64,000 bases of DNA from a virus: IMG/VR virus record IMGVR_UViG_3300045944_000276, positions 2,514 through 66,513 of that record. The stretch is one strand, 5' to 3'. Within the stretch, counting starts at the first letter, position 1; each line of letters begins with the position of its first letter. The position numbers and the translations under genes are program-made. Positions 8,670 through 17,362 of this stretch are shown here, piece after piece. The notes beneath the pieces were generated by a model. The model was not told the DNA's origin, did no database searches, and saw only the letters and a list, made by a program, of their open reading frames with translations.

Positions 8670-8706
8670 GTTGAGCATGTCTCAATGACGTTGGCGTTAT
8701 CACAAT
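8670..8706. promoter_or_regulatory. Early-operon operator region
   Basis: GTTGAGCATGTCTCAAT plus a degenerate copy GTTGGCGTTATCACAAT, after a hairpin and T-run. Confidence 0.55.
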
Positions 8707-8732
8707 CTCCCGATAATCCTCGGAGGTGCCCC

Positions 8733-8990
8733 ATGACCCGCAACCGCAGCCTGGTGGAGAAACTCAAGGTCCGAGAACGCCGGCGCCCGGCTAAGAGCGA
8801 CACCCCCAGGGTGGACAACTTCGTGGCGCAGTTGCCGGCGCTGGTCCTCGACCCTGCCGATCTCGCCGACCACAACGCCTTAGTGCGCACAACGGTACGG
8901 ATACGCGAGCAAATGATCTGGTGGGCCGAATTCGCCCGCCAGCTCGAGCGCGAGCTCATGCAGTCAACGCCCAGGGAGTGGAAGAAGTGA
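8733..8990 (+). CDS. Early hypothetical protein (uninterrupted form)
   Basis: GGAGG RBS. Homologous to the split pair 45403-45939 and 45923-46126. Confidence 0.75.
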   Translation: MTRNRSLVEKLKVRERRRPAKSDTPRVDNFVAQLPALVLDPADLADHNALVRTTVRIREQMIWWAEFARQLERELMQSTPREWKK

Positions 8991-9232
8991 GCGCAAAGCG
9001 AGGGAGCTACGACTCCCGCTGCCACGACCTCGCGCTCTGCTTCCTCGACGACGAGGACTTGCCTACGGAGATCTTGGTTGATGCCGCGAACGTCCTGGCG
9101 CAGCACATTCAGAGAGCCATAGAAGACTTCCTGGAATTCGACCTGGCCGAGATTCGCAAGGATCTCGAGGACCGCGACGAGCATCTGAAGGAAGAGGCCG
9201 CGCTGCTGAAGCGGCAGGAGCGTCGGCCGTGA
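8987..9232 (+). CDS. Hypothetical acidic protein
   Basis: GTGA overlaps within the early operon. Confidence 0.6.
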   Translation: MSAKRGSYDSRCHDLALCFLDDEDLPTEILVDAANVLAQHIQRAIEDFLEFDLAEIRKDLEDRDEHLKEEAALLKRQERRP

Positions 9233-9333
9233 CCTGGCTAGAGGTCGCCCTCCTCGTCGTCGTGTTCGCTCTGCTCAGGGCCTGCTACGTCGCCACGCGC
9301 GAGATCGACGCCGAGAGGAAGGGGAAGTCATGA
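9229..9333 (+). CDS. Single-TM micro-protein
   Basis: MTWLEVALLVVVFALLRACY. AGGAG RBS and overlaps at both ends. Confidence 0.55.
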   Translation: MTWLEVALLVVVFALLRACYVATREIDAERKGKS

Positions 9334-9542
9334 CAGACATTCCGGCATTTCCGAGACCGTTTGGCGGACCCACGGGGCATGAGGGCATGAGCCTGCGCGA
9401 TTACTTCGCGGCAGCGGCGCTAACCGGTTTCTGCGGAAACACGGATCTGGATACCAGGGAAGAGAAGGCTGCAGCATTTGCAAACGACGCTTATGCCTTC
9501 GCCGACGCCATGCTGGCCGAGCGGTTGAAGACGAAGAAATGA
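9330..9542 (+). CDS. Phage protein with GMSLRDYFAA motif
   Basis: PAFP...GMSLRDYFAA...AYAFADAMLAER is a common phage motif. Confidence 0.8.
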   Translation: MTDIPAFPRPFGGPTGHEGMSLRDYFAAAALTGFCGNTDLDTREEKAAAFANDAYAFADAMLAERLKTKK

Positions 9543-9676
9543 CCCTCCGCATCGCGCTTTACTTGGCGTTCGTCCTGGCTGCGTTCGCCATCGCCGGCGC
9601 GGTCGACCTGGCCGAGGAGGAAAGGCTGTCGTTCCCCGGCTATCTGGCCGAGCGCGTCGAGCTCGCCACACACTGA
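9539..9676 (+). CDS. Single-TM small protein
   Basis: AGAVDLAEEERLS is shared with 45254-45406. Confidence 0.65.
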   Translation: MTLRIALYLAFVLAAFAIAGAVDLAEEERLSFPGYLAERVELATH

Positions 9677-9689
9677 ATAGGAGACCCTC

Positions 9690-10556
9690 ATGGCCGCAGC
9701 AGACAGGAACTTCCCGGCGTTGCTCGAGCAGCAGAAGGCGCAGATCGCACTCGCGCTGCCCAAGCACCTCAACGCCGATCGCATGACGCGCATCGCCCTC
9801 ACCTGCTACCGCATGACGCCCCAGCTCGCCCAGTGCGACCCTACATCCGTCTTCGCCGCGGTCATCCAGGCCGCGCAGCTCGGGCTCGAGCCGGGACTGA
9901 ACGGCCGCTGCTACTTGATTCCCTACGGCAACGTCTGCCAGTTCGTGCCCGGCTGGAAGGGTCTGGTGGAGCTCGCCAACCGCTCGGGGCGCGCGTCAGT
10001 GTGGACCGGGGTCATCTACGAGGGGCAGAAATTCGAGTACCAGCAGGGCGACTCGCCCATGCTCAAGGTGACCGAGATCACGCGGGAGGAAGACCCCACG
10101 CGCATCGCCTACGCCTACGCCGTCGGGCGCGTCAAAGGCTCGGACTGGCCGGTCATCGAGCTCTGGTCGGCCGGGCGCATCAGGAAGCACCGCGACCGCT
10201 TCAACAAGATCGGCAAGAAGCACTACAGCTTCGAGAACTGGGAGATGTACGCGCGCAAGGTGCCGCTCCTGCAGGTGCTGAAGTACCTGCCGGCGACACC
10301 GGAGCTCGAGGCCGCGATCATCCTGCACGATAGCGCCGAAGTGGGCACCCAGCGCCTCACCATCCAGGACGCGATCGACGGGACGTTCGTGCCGGTGGCG
10401 CCCGAGGACGTGGTGAACGAACACGACGGGCTCAGGGCGGCGAAGTCGGTGAAGGAGCTGGCGCAGATCTTCCAGGGCCTCACCCCGGAGGAGAAGAAGA
10501 CCTACAAGACTTTCTACGACGTGCGCCACGCCGAGTTTACCGAGGCGGCGGCGTGA
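9690..10556 (+). CDS. recT: RecT-family single-strand annealing protein
   Basis: ALPKHLNADRMTRIA...AAQLGLEP...CYLIPYG...GWKGLVELA...EMYARK...LKYLP. Confidence 0.93.
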   Translation: MAAADRNFPALLEQQKAQIALALPKHLNADRMTRIALTCYRMTPQLAQCDPTSVFAAVIQAAQLGLEPGLNGRCYLIPYGNVCQFVPGWKGLVELANRSGRASVWTGVIYEGQKFEYQQGDSPMLKVTEITREEDPTRIAYAYAVGRVKGSDWPVIELWSAGRIRKHRDRFNKIGKKHYSFENWEMYARKVPLLQVLKYLPATPELEAAIILHDSAEVGTQRLTIQDAIDGTFVPVAPEDVVNEHDGLRAAKSVKELAQIFQGLTPEEKKTYKTFYDVRHAEFTEAAA

Positions 10557-11188
10557 GCATCGAGCTGGCCCAGGGCAGCCCCGAGTGGTTCGTCGCGCGC
10601 TGCGGCTACTGTACCGCGAGCCGCTTCGCCGACGTGCTGGCGACAATCAGGAGCGGCGAGGCGGCGACCCGGAGGAACTACCGCGCCGAGGTCGTGTGCG
10701 AGCGTTTGACCGGCGTGCCGGCCGAGCACTTCCAGTCAGCCGAGATGCGCTTCGGCACGGAACAGGAACCGTATGCGAGGATCGCCTACGAAAGCACGAC
10801 CGGCAACATGGTCTCGCAGTGCGGGTTCCTGAAGCACCCGCAGCTCGCGGCCGGCGCCTCGCCCGACGGATTGATCGGGTCGGACGGCGGCCTCGAGATC
10901 AAGGTGCCCAATACCGCGACCCACCTTGACGCGCTTCTCAAAGGCATGGACCGCGGCCACCTGCCACAGATCCAGGGCGGCCTGTGGATAACCGGGCGCC
11001 GGTGGTGGGACTTCGTCTCCTACGACCCGCGCATGCCCGAGCGCTTCCAGCTCTACGTGCAGCGGGTCGAGCGCGACCAGGCCTACATCGACAACCTGGA
11101 GCGCGAGGTACGCAAGTTTCTGGCGGAAGTCGAGGACGTCATCGGGCAGCTTGAGCGCCTGGGGGACGTGACCAGGGCGGCCGCATAG
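10553..11188 (+). CDS. Lambda exonuclease/YqaJ family nuclease
   Basis: QGSPEWFVAR...TAS, GASPDGL, LEIKVP, QIQG, WWDFVSYDPR. Confidence 0.93.
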   Translation: MSIELAQGSPEWFVARCGYCTASRFADVLATIRSGEAATRRNYRAEVVCERLTGVPAEHFQSAEMRFGTEQEPYARIAYESTTGNMVSQCGFLKHPQLAAGASPDGLIGSDGGLEIKVPNTATHLDALLKGMDRGHLPQIQGGLWITGRRWWDFVSYDPRMPERFQLYVQRVERDQAYIDNLEREVRKFLAEVEDVIGQLERLGDVTRAAA

Positions 11189-11204
11189 GAGAAGGGACAA
11201 CGCA

Positions 11205-11462
11205 ATGACGAACGAGAGCTCACTGCTCACGCCTTCCGAGCTCGTGGAACTGACCGGCAAGCGCCGCTACAAGGCGCAGCAGCGCGTGCTTTCGAAGATG
11301 GGTGTGCGCCATGCCGTACGCCCGGACGGCTCGCCGGTTGTCTCGCGAGCCCTCGTCGCCGCCATGCTGGCGCGCTTTAGCGAGACGCCGCCCGAGCCCG
11401 CGAGCGCCGAGCCTGTACTGAACCTCGGGGCGCTGGCCGGGAAGCGGTCCCGCGGCGGCTGA
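11205..11462 (+). CDS. DUF4224-like putative excisionase
   Basis: LTPSELVELTG...Q...L...G...RPDGSPVV, directly before the integrase. Confidence 0.8.
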   Translation: MTNESSLLTPSELVELTGKRRYKAQQRVLSKMGVRHAVRPDGSPVVSRALVAAMLARFSETPPEPASAEPVLNLGALAGKRSRGG

Positions 11463-11485
11463 GTTATTTCTAACGAAAGGGCAAC

Positions 11486-12514
11486 ATGGCACGACCACGC
11501 AAACCCGGAAACGCCGGACTCCCGCGCTACGTGCATCAAAAGCACGGCGCGTTTCACTACGTCTACAAAGGCAAGTGGACGCGGCTCGCAACCAACATCG
11601 CGGATGCATTCCTCGCCCTCTCGAAGGTAATTGCGGCCCAGGGCGGGCAACGCGAGGGCCCGATGTCGATGCCGCAATTGCTGGCGCACGCGCTGCCGGT
11701 CATTACCGCCGGCAAGTCGAAGGGCACGGAGATCCAGTACGCCTGGGCGATCAAGACACTCACGGCCAGCTTCGAGAAGTTCACCGTCGAGCAGGTCGAG
11801 CCGAAGCACATCTATGCGATGCGCCGGCAGCTACGCGGCCAGCCGGCGAAGTTCAACCTATACCTGAGCGTCATCCGGCTCGCGCTGGAGCTCGCGGTCG
11901 AGGATGGCGTGATCAAGTCGAGCCCGGCCCTCGAGGTGAGCCCGCTGCAAACCGTCCGGCGCGATCGCTACATCACGCACGAGGAGTACGCGACGATCTA
12001 CCGCCAGGCCTCGCCGCTCCTGCAGATCGTCATGGAGCTCGCCTACCGCACCGGCCAGCGCATCCAGGACGTGCTGCGCATCGAGCTCGCCCAGCTGGTC
12101 GATCAGGGCATCTGGTTCCTGCCGCAGAAGACCAGGCGCATGGGGAAGAAGATCATCGTCGCCTGGACCCCGGAGCTCCGCGAGGCGGTGCAGCGCGCCC
12201 GGGATCTGTCCGGCAAGGTCCAGCCGATCACGCGCTACCTGCTGCCCATGCGCAAGGGCCAGGCCATGCGCTACGACATGTTGCGCACCGAGTGGGCGCA
12301 GACCGTCGCCGCCTCTGGCGTGCCCAAGGCGAACTTGAACGACCTGCGAGCTAAGGCAGCGAGCGATCTTGAGACCGAGGCTGGATTGCTGCCGGGTCAG
12401 GGACTCGCGAACGCGCAGGCATTGCTCGCGCACTCGGCGAGCTCGACGACGAAGATTTACACGCGCAACCGGCAGGCCACGCTCGTGCATGGACCGCGAG
12501 GCAAGGCGGGCTGA
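11486..12514 (+). CDS. int: Tyrosine integrase 1
   Basis: TGQRIQDV, NDLRAKAASD, LLAH...TTKIY catalytic motifs. Confidence 0.92.
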   Translation: MARPRKPGNAGLPRYVHQKHGAFHYVYKGKWTRLATNIADAFLALSKVIAAQGGQREGPMSMPQLLAHALPVITAGKSKGTEIQYAWAIKTLTASFEKFTVEQVEPKHIYAMRRQLRGQPAKFNLYLSVIRLALELAVEDGVIKSSPALEVSPLQTVRRDRYITHEEYATIYRQASPLLQIVMELAYRTGQRIQDVLRIELAQLVDQGIWFLPQKTRRMGKKIIVAWTPELREAVQRARDLSGKVQPITRYLLPMRKGQAMRYDMLRTEWAQTVAASGVPKANLNDLRAKAASDLETEAGLLPGQGLANAQALLAHSASSTTKIYTRNRQATLVHGPRGKAG

Positions 12515-12532
12515 ATGACACTGGAATAGGAA

Positions 12533-12738
12533 TAATAGACAATTATAGACAAAACGAGCCTAAGTACTTGATTCTAAGTTACTCCATAAAAGGTGACATT
12601 CTACTTCAAAATGAAGATAAACGACTGATACTCAGGCGTTTTTGGTCGTCGAGTGTCTATTATTCTGGCGCTATGAACGCGGAGTTCTCAGCCCATAACC
12701 CTTTGATCGAACAGATAGCGGAAAATGAGTAATAGACA
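12533..12738. other. attP of integrase 1 (intact)
   Basis: Arm-type T(A/T)ATAGACA at 12533 and 12543, inverted at 12654, and again at 12730. IHF consensus at 12561-12573. AT-rich putative core at about 12575-12615. Confidence 0.7.
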
Positions 12739-12759
12739 GTTTCCGGTGCCGGCCGCGAC

Positions 12760-13011
12760 ATGAGACCGACTCGCAAACTGACTGACAGCCGCTGCCAGTG
12801 CTCGGGCGGCGGGGAGTACTTCAGTTCGGACGCCGCCTTCGACATGCACCGGGTCGGGCGCTTTGGCGTGGACCGGCGCTGCATGACGCCGGCTGACATG
12901 CGCGCCGCCGGCATGGCAAAGACGTCTGATGATTGGTGGGTTACCAGGCCCTACGATGGCCCCGTGCGCTCCGACGGTGACGCGCAGGACGCATTGGTAG
13001 GGGCCGGGTAG
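12760..13011 (+). CDS. FDxHR-type zinc-binding phage protein
   Basis: CQCS...FSSDAAFDMHRVG...RRC. Homologue at 49044-49298. Confidence 0.8.
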   Translation: MRPTRKLTDSRCQCSGGGEYFSSDAAFDMHRVGRFGVDRRCMTPADMRAAGMAKTSDDWWVTRPYDGPVRSDGDAQDALVGAG

Positions 13012-13072
13012 CCCTACCCCACAGCCCCCCCCCGGCCGGCGCGGCTTTTAAAGGCTCGGGGACACTGCACCT

Positions 13073-14062
13073 CTATGTCGCTTCGTTCAGGGGCAACTCA
13101 AGCGTGCTGCCTTTCTTCGGTGAGGCACGGTTGAGCATAACCAGAAAGGACTTCCATCCGTCGGCAGCATCCATCAGGAACATCAAGTTCAGGATGTGCT
13201 GCTTCAGTTCGGGGATGCCATAGTCAGTAGTAAAAAACTGGTGATGCTTTTCCTTTCTGTATCCCTTCTCAGTCCTCGGGTTTAGCTCGTCCAGTTTGTC
13301 CAGCACTCCCGGCGCAAGCCGGTCATAGACGATGTTGTTGGTGAGCTTGCCGACCAAAGGCGGGCGCTTTACCGACATGGGGTTGTATTCCCATTTCCGG
13401 AGCCGGAATAGCTTCTTATAGAAATCATCGGGAAAGGTCTTTGCCCACTTCGCTTTCTCGGCGGTCAGGTACTTGTCGAGGATTGCTTGGAGGGCCTGCC
13501 GGTCCCGTACATCCTGGTAGCCGGTCGCCTCGTCAACGAGCGCGACTATGCCGATCTTGGAGAGGCTACGCACCAATATCTCAGCCTGAGCGGCTGTTGG
13601 CATTTGCCCCGGAGTCAAAGCGCCACCTTCGGCCCTTGCAGCGAGGTACACATCGCAGACCAGCGGGAGTAATTCAGCGCGATAACCCAAGATCTTCTTG
13701 CCCTTGATCGGCTGGTATTCAATGGGCTGCAGTACATCACGCAACTCTTGATTTATGAACGGTAAGAGGTTACTTGCGCCGATAAAATTGGGCAGTCCGG
13801 TACGCTTGTAAGTGCCCTTCCACGGACGGCCCAGCGCAGTCATTAACGCCTTGCTGGTGAGCACGCGAACGCCTCCCGACAGCACCGCGACCGGCAGTTG
13901 TAGTTCTCCTATCTTCAGATTCCCTTCGTGAGTTGCCTTGGGCACTGACGCATCCCACCGCGCTTGGGCAGCTTTGGCGGCAATCTCGGATCGCTGCTCC
14001 GGAGTTAGCGCCTCCGCCCGCGCTACCCCACCCCTTGCCCTGCCTGTAACTTCGTCTTCCAT
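13073..14062 (-). CDS. P63C-domain protein (cargo)
   Basis: GGVARAEALTPEQRSEIA N-terminus. GIVALVDEATGYQ, WAKTFPDDFY and KHHQF motifs. Lower GC. Confidence 0.85.
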   Translation of the reverse strand: MEDEVTGRARGGVARAEALTPEQRSEIAAKAAQARWDASVPKATHEGNLKIGELQLPVAVLSGGVRVLTSKALMTALGRPWKGTYKRTGLPNFIGASNLLPFINQELRDVLQPIEYQPIKGKKILGYRAELLPLVCDVYLAARAEGGALTPGQMPTAAQAEILVRSLSKIGIVALVDEATGYQDVRDRQALQAILDKYLTAEKAKWAKTFPDDFYKKLFRLRKWEYNPMSVKRPPLVGKLTNNIVYDRLAPGVLDKLDELNPRTEKGYRKEKHHQFFTTDYGIPELKQHILNLMFLMDAADGWKSFLVMLNRASPKKGSTLELPLNEAT

Positions 14063-14136
14063 GCTTGCATTCTCCTCATGAAGTGCTTGCATTATTACTG
14101 TGTACATGCAAGCATGTCAACTCAGAATGCAAGCAT
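14061..14136. promoter_or_regulatory. Nested inverted TGCTTGCAT repeats over the P63C promoter
   Basis: Two TGCTTGCAT face two ATGCAAGCA. TTGACA on the minus strand at 14115-14120. Confidence 0.6.
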
Positions 14137-14245
14137 AGGACTTCAGGGGAGCCCACAGACGTCCGACTCGATCCTCAACGCTCGACCCTAAGCGTGGAAA
14201 CTCCCTGTGAGTCGTGCTTCGCAATGCACGGACAGGAGAACCGAC

Positions 14246-14707
14246 ATGAAACGCACTCTTTTTGCCTCAACAAGGATCGCACGTACCGCCGCTATCACCG
14301 GAGTGCTCGCGATCACAATGGCTGGTTGTGCACCCACCACTGCGGTTGGTGTGCGGGAAATGGGGCCGGAGCGACGCTATGAATTCGTCGCGCCCGAAAA
14401 CTATCAGCCGGTCTACCGAAAAATTCTTGAACAGGCCCGAAAGTGCCACCAAACCGGCTTGATCACCGCACAAATGGTGGTTCAAGGTGATCTCTATCAC
14501 GACACTAAGAGCGGAACGATTACTGTCGCGCTCCATGGTGGACTCGGCGTAGACACCTATCAGGTAATAGACGTAGCTGCGATCGACGAACAGCAAACGA
14601 GAGTGGTTGGACACTACTCTCTCGGTCCCGTGGAGAAGATCGGCGACACGCTAAAGGAATGGGTGCTCGAAAATTCGAAAGAATGTGCACCCAAGAAAAA
14701 GCAATAG
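14246..14707 (+). CDS. Lipoprotein (cargo)
   Basis: AGGAG RBS. Signal peptide ending in a MAGC lipobox. Confidence 0.75.
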   Translation: MKRTLFASTRIARTAAITGVLAITMAGCAPTTAVGVREMGPERRYEFVAPENYQPVYRKILEQARKCHQTGLITAQMVVQGDLYHDTKSGTITVALHGGLGVDTYQVIDVAAIDEQQTRVVGHYSLGPVEKIGDTLKEWVLENSKECAPKKKQ

Positions 14708-14727
14708 CGAGTCCCGGCCGTGACCAT

Positions 14728-14755
14728 GGCCCCGCTTCGGTGGGGCTTTTTATTT
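14728..14755 (+). terminator. Intrinsic terminator
   Basis: gccccgc-ttcg-gtggggc followed by a T-run. Confidence 0.75.
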
Positions 14756-14898
14756 CCAGCAAGGCGCTATCGCCAAATGTCCGGCTCAGTGGCGCAATCG
14801 GTCAAACGAATGGCGCGGGAGGGAAAGCGCCCTGGGGCGCTGGCCCCTATAGTCCCCGAGTCGGCAATGGGCCGGATGACCAAGGAGCGATTACTTTT

Positions 14899-15513
14899 AT
14901 GGGGTCCAACTTTTTTACGCGGCAGGCCGGGCAATACCGCAATCAACTCGTGCAATCCTGCAGCGAGCTCCTGGGCGTTGCTGAAGGGCTAATCATCGAT
15001 CGCAACCTGAGCGACGATGAAATCAAATTTCTTGATCGCTGGCTCGAGACTCACTCGGTCGTGTCATGCGACTGGCCAGGAGACGTTCTGCACGCCCGCG
15101 TCAAGGCCGTTCTAGCAGATGGCATCATTGCCGACGTCGAGCGCGACCACCTGCTGGAAACGCTGCGCCAGATCATCGGGGGGAGACTCGACGCTATTGC
15201 CGAGTCTCCCCGAGTGAACGAACTCGCCCTGGATAAGGTATCGAGCATCACCTTCGAAGGGGCAAGCTTCTGCATGACCGCAGAATTCCTGTTTGGACCG
15301 CGCACAATCTGCGAGGCAGCGACCGTTAAACGTGGCGGGGTCATCAGCAAAGGTGTGAACAAGCGCCTGACCTACCTCGTGGTAGGCGGCCTGGGCAGCG
15401 ACGAGTGGAAGCACGGCAGTTGGGGCACCAAGATCGATAAGGCAATGAAACACAAGCGCAACGGCGTCCCGCTGCAAATCATCCACGAAGACGTTTGGGC
15501 AGCATCAATGTAG
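14899..15513 (+). CDS. Helical-domain plus BRCT protein (cargo)
   Basis: ELLGVAEGLIID...EIKFLDRWL N-terminus. FCMT...GG...LTYLVVG...W..GSWGTKIDKA...IIHEDVW BRCT pattern. Confidence 0.8.
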   Translation: MGSNFFTRQAGQYRNQLVQSCSELLGVAEGLIIDRNLSDDEIKFLDRWLETHSVVSCDWPGDVLHARVKAVLADGIIADVERDHLLETLRQIIGGRLDAIAESPRVNELALDKVSSITFEGASFCMTAEFLFGPRTICEAATVKRGGVISKGVNKRLTYLVVGGLGSDEWKHGSWGTKIDKAMKHKRNGVPLQIIHEDVWAASM

Positions 15514-15523
15514 CGATTGTCGG

Positions 15524-15739
15524 CTACTCCGGCGCGCTCCCCGGCGCGACGCGGGTGTGCTCCAGGGTGCTGCCGGGCTCGCACTGGTAGGAGGTCTCGA
15601 CCGTCCGCGTATAGGTGCAGGCGCCCTCCACCTTGAGCGATGAGCAGCCGGTCATCGCCATCACGACGAACGCGAGCACAAGCGCGACGACCGCGACGGC
15701 CCACAGCGGCGGCTCGCCGCGTTCATCCTCGCGCTTCAT
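15524..15739 (-). CDS. Small lipoprotein at the end of the late operon
   Basis: Hydrophobic stretch plus MTGC. KVEGACTY.RTV.TSYQC is conserved with 49562-49759. Confidence 0.75.
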   Translation of the reverse strand: MKREDERGEPPLWAVAVVALVLAFVVMAMTGCSSLKVEGACTYTRTVETSYQCEPGSTLEHTRVAPGSAPE

Positions 15740-15896
15740 GCGGTGGCCCCGGCACCGTCGGCGAGTTCGGTCCCACCTTCACGACTTCCTGTCCCGTCAG
15801 CTTGAGCCACAGCGGCAGCGCCTCGCCGAGCGGGCGGGTCGTCAGCACCTGCACCAGGTAGGCGACCTCCTGGTCCTCGAGCTTGCCGTTGGTCAT
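15723..15896 (-). CDS. Small protein after the tail fibre
   Basis: QVL..RPL.E.L.LWLKLTGQE is conserved with 49764-49934. ATGA overlap. Confidence 0.7.
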   Translation of the reverse strand: MTNGKLEDQEVAYLVQVLTTRPLGEALPLWLKLTGQEVVKVGPNSPTVPGPPHEARG

Positions 15897-17362
15897 GCGG
15901 GCGCGCCCTCCAGTGTCTTGAGTCGTGTATCGAGCTCGCGGATCGCCTCGATGATCGGCGCGGCGAGCGCCATGTAATTCAGCGACGCGAATTTGCGACT
16001 CGGCTGATCCGCTTCGAGCGGAGCGGGTTCGTTATTGAAAACGAGTTCAGGAAATTCCGGTTCCACGTCCTGCGCGACTAGACCGATATCTTCACGCTGC
16101 GAAAACGGATTGAAATAACGAATGCCATGCAAGCGCAGCACCTTGTCCAGCGATGGACCCAATGAACGAATGTTCTGTTTAAGACTGCGATCCGAAACCG
16201 GATTGACTGAACCGACAGTCAGTTGACCCGTTCCTCCCGTGAGATACATATCCCATCCGCCAGCGGGACCGTTTGCAGACGAACGTCCCCAATACATGCC
16301 GCCGGTCTGAGTGTGTATCGACCACGAAACAATTCCGGGTTCCAGAAAACCTATCGAAGGTTGCCCGCCGCTGACGCCTTCGAGCAACAACGGCGCTTGA
16401 TCGTTGAGGGCTATGGAGCCAGCCCAATTCCCAAGTATCCTGACTTGCGGATGCCCAGACGCGACTCTCCGTATGGACATGTCACCGGCAGTGTTGAACG
16501 AGCCTGTGCGATTGATAGTGAATCGTATGCTGCCGGTATTGGTCGCAGTTTCTACCAGATCGATTCCGGCATAGACCGTTCCGAGCGTTTGATGAAATGT
16601 TTTCAGCGAAGCGCCTGCATTGCCGCCATCATATGCGCCGCCCTGAACAAGCAAGCAAGCGCCGCCGGACAGATTGCCGAACGTGTGATCGCCGTTAGAT
16701 GATCCGGCACCTATGGGAACCCATGCATACGGCGTCACTACACCGAGGCCTCGCAGATTGCTCGTTGACTTGAGCCTTATAGGACCAAATATGTTTGAGC
16801 TCCCACTACAAAATTCCACGGAATCGTTCCAGACGCCGACACCGGGAACATCCGGCACCTGCGTTCCAGTGCTATACATGCCATTCAGTCTGTTGAATCC
16901 ATTCGCAGTCAAAGTGCCCGTCACGTTTGCCGGGCCGTTGAGCGTAGTGGCGATCCCGGTCCCAGTAGCCAACGCCGTCGCTGTAACGCCTAACACGCCG
17001 ACGCCGCTCACGATCATTTGCATCGAACCCGCAGCGGAACGGATGATGCCCATCGTCGGCTCGTTCGCCCATGTGATACCGGGCGCAGCGATCGTGCCGT
17101 CAGGAAATGGCTGCGGTATGCCGATGTTCGTCGTCGGATTCATGCCGCCGATGATCACGTCGCCGGTTGCCGTCGCCATCTTCAATCGCCAATCCGTGCT
17201 GCTGACTTGATCGACCCACAGCATTCCGGGCGTCGCATACGGGGGACGCGCTGCGCCCGCGTGCGTGGAGTGCAGCGCCGTGCGCCACTGATTCAGATCG
17301 GCGGCGAGTTGCGTGCCGGTCTTTACGTTTGGATCAATCGTGCCGAAATCGAATTGACTCAT
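15893..17362 (-). CDS. Tail fibre/receptor-binding protein with C-terminal S74 chaperone
   Basis: Starts MSQFDFGTIDP. Ends SDRSLKQNI...IGLVAQDVE...FPELV...IEAIREL. Confidence 0.88.
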   Translation of the reverse strand: MSQFDFGTIDPNVKTGTQLAADLNQWRTALHSTHAGAARPPYATPGMLWVDQVSSTDWRLKMATATGDVIIGGMNPTTNIGIPQPFPDGTIAAPGITWANEPTMGIIRSAAGSMQMIVSGVGVLGVTATALATGTGIATTLNGPANVTGTLTANGFNRLNGMYSTGTQVPDVPGVGVWNDSVEFCSGSSNIFGPIRLKSTSNLRGLGVVTPYAWVPIGAGSSNGDHTFGNLSGGACLLVQGGAYDGGNAGASLKTFHQTLGTVYAGIDLVETATNTGSIRFTINRTGSFNTAGDMSIRRVASGHPQVRILGNWAGSIALNDQAPLLLEGVSGGQPSIGFLEPGIVSWSIHTQTGGMYWGRSSANGPAGGWDMYLTGGTGQLTVGSVNPVSDRSLKQNIRSLGPSLDKVLRLHGIRYFNPFSQREDIGLVAQDVEPEFPELVFNNEPAPLEADQPSRKFASLNYMALAAPIIEAIRELDTRLKTLEGAPA

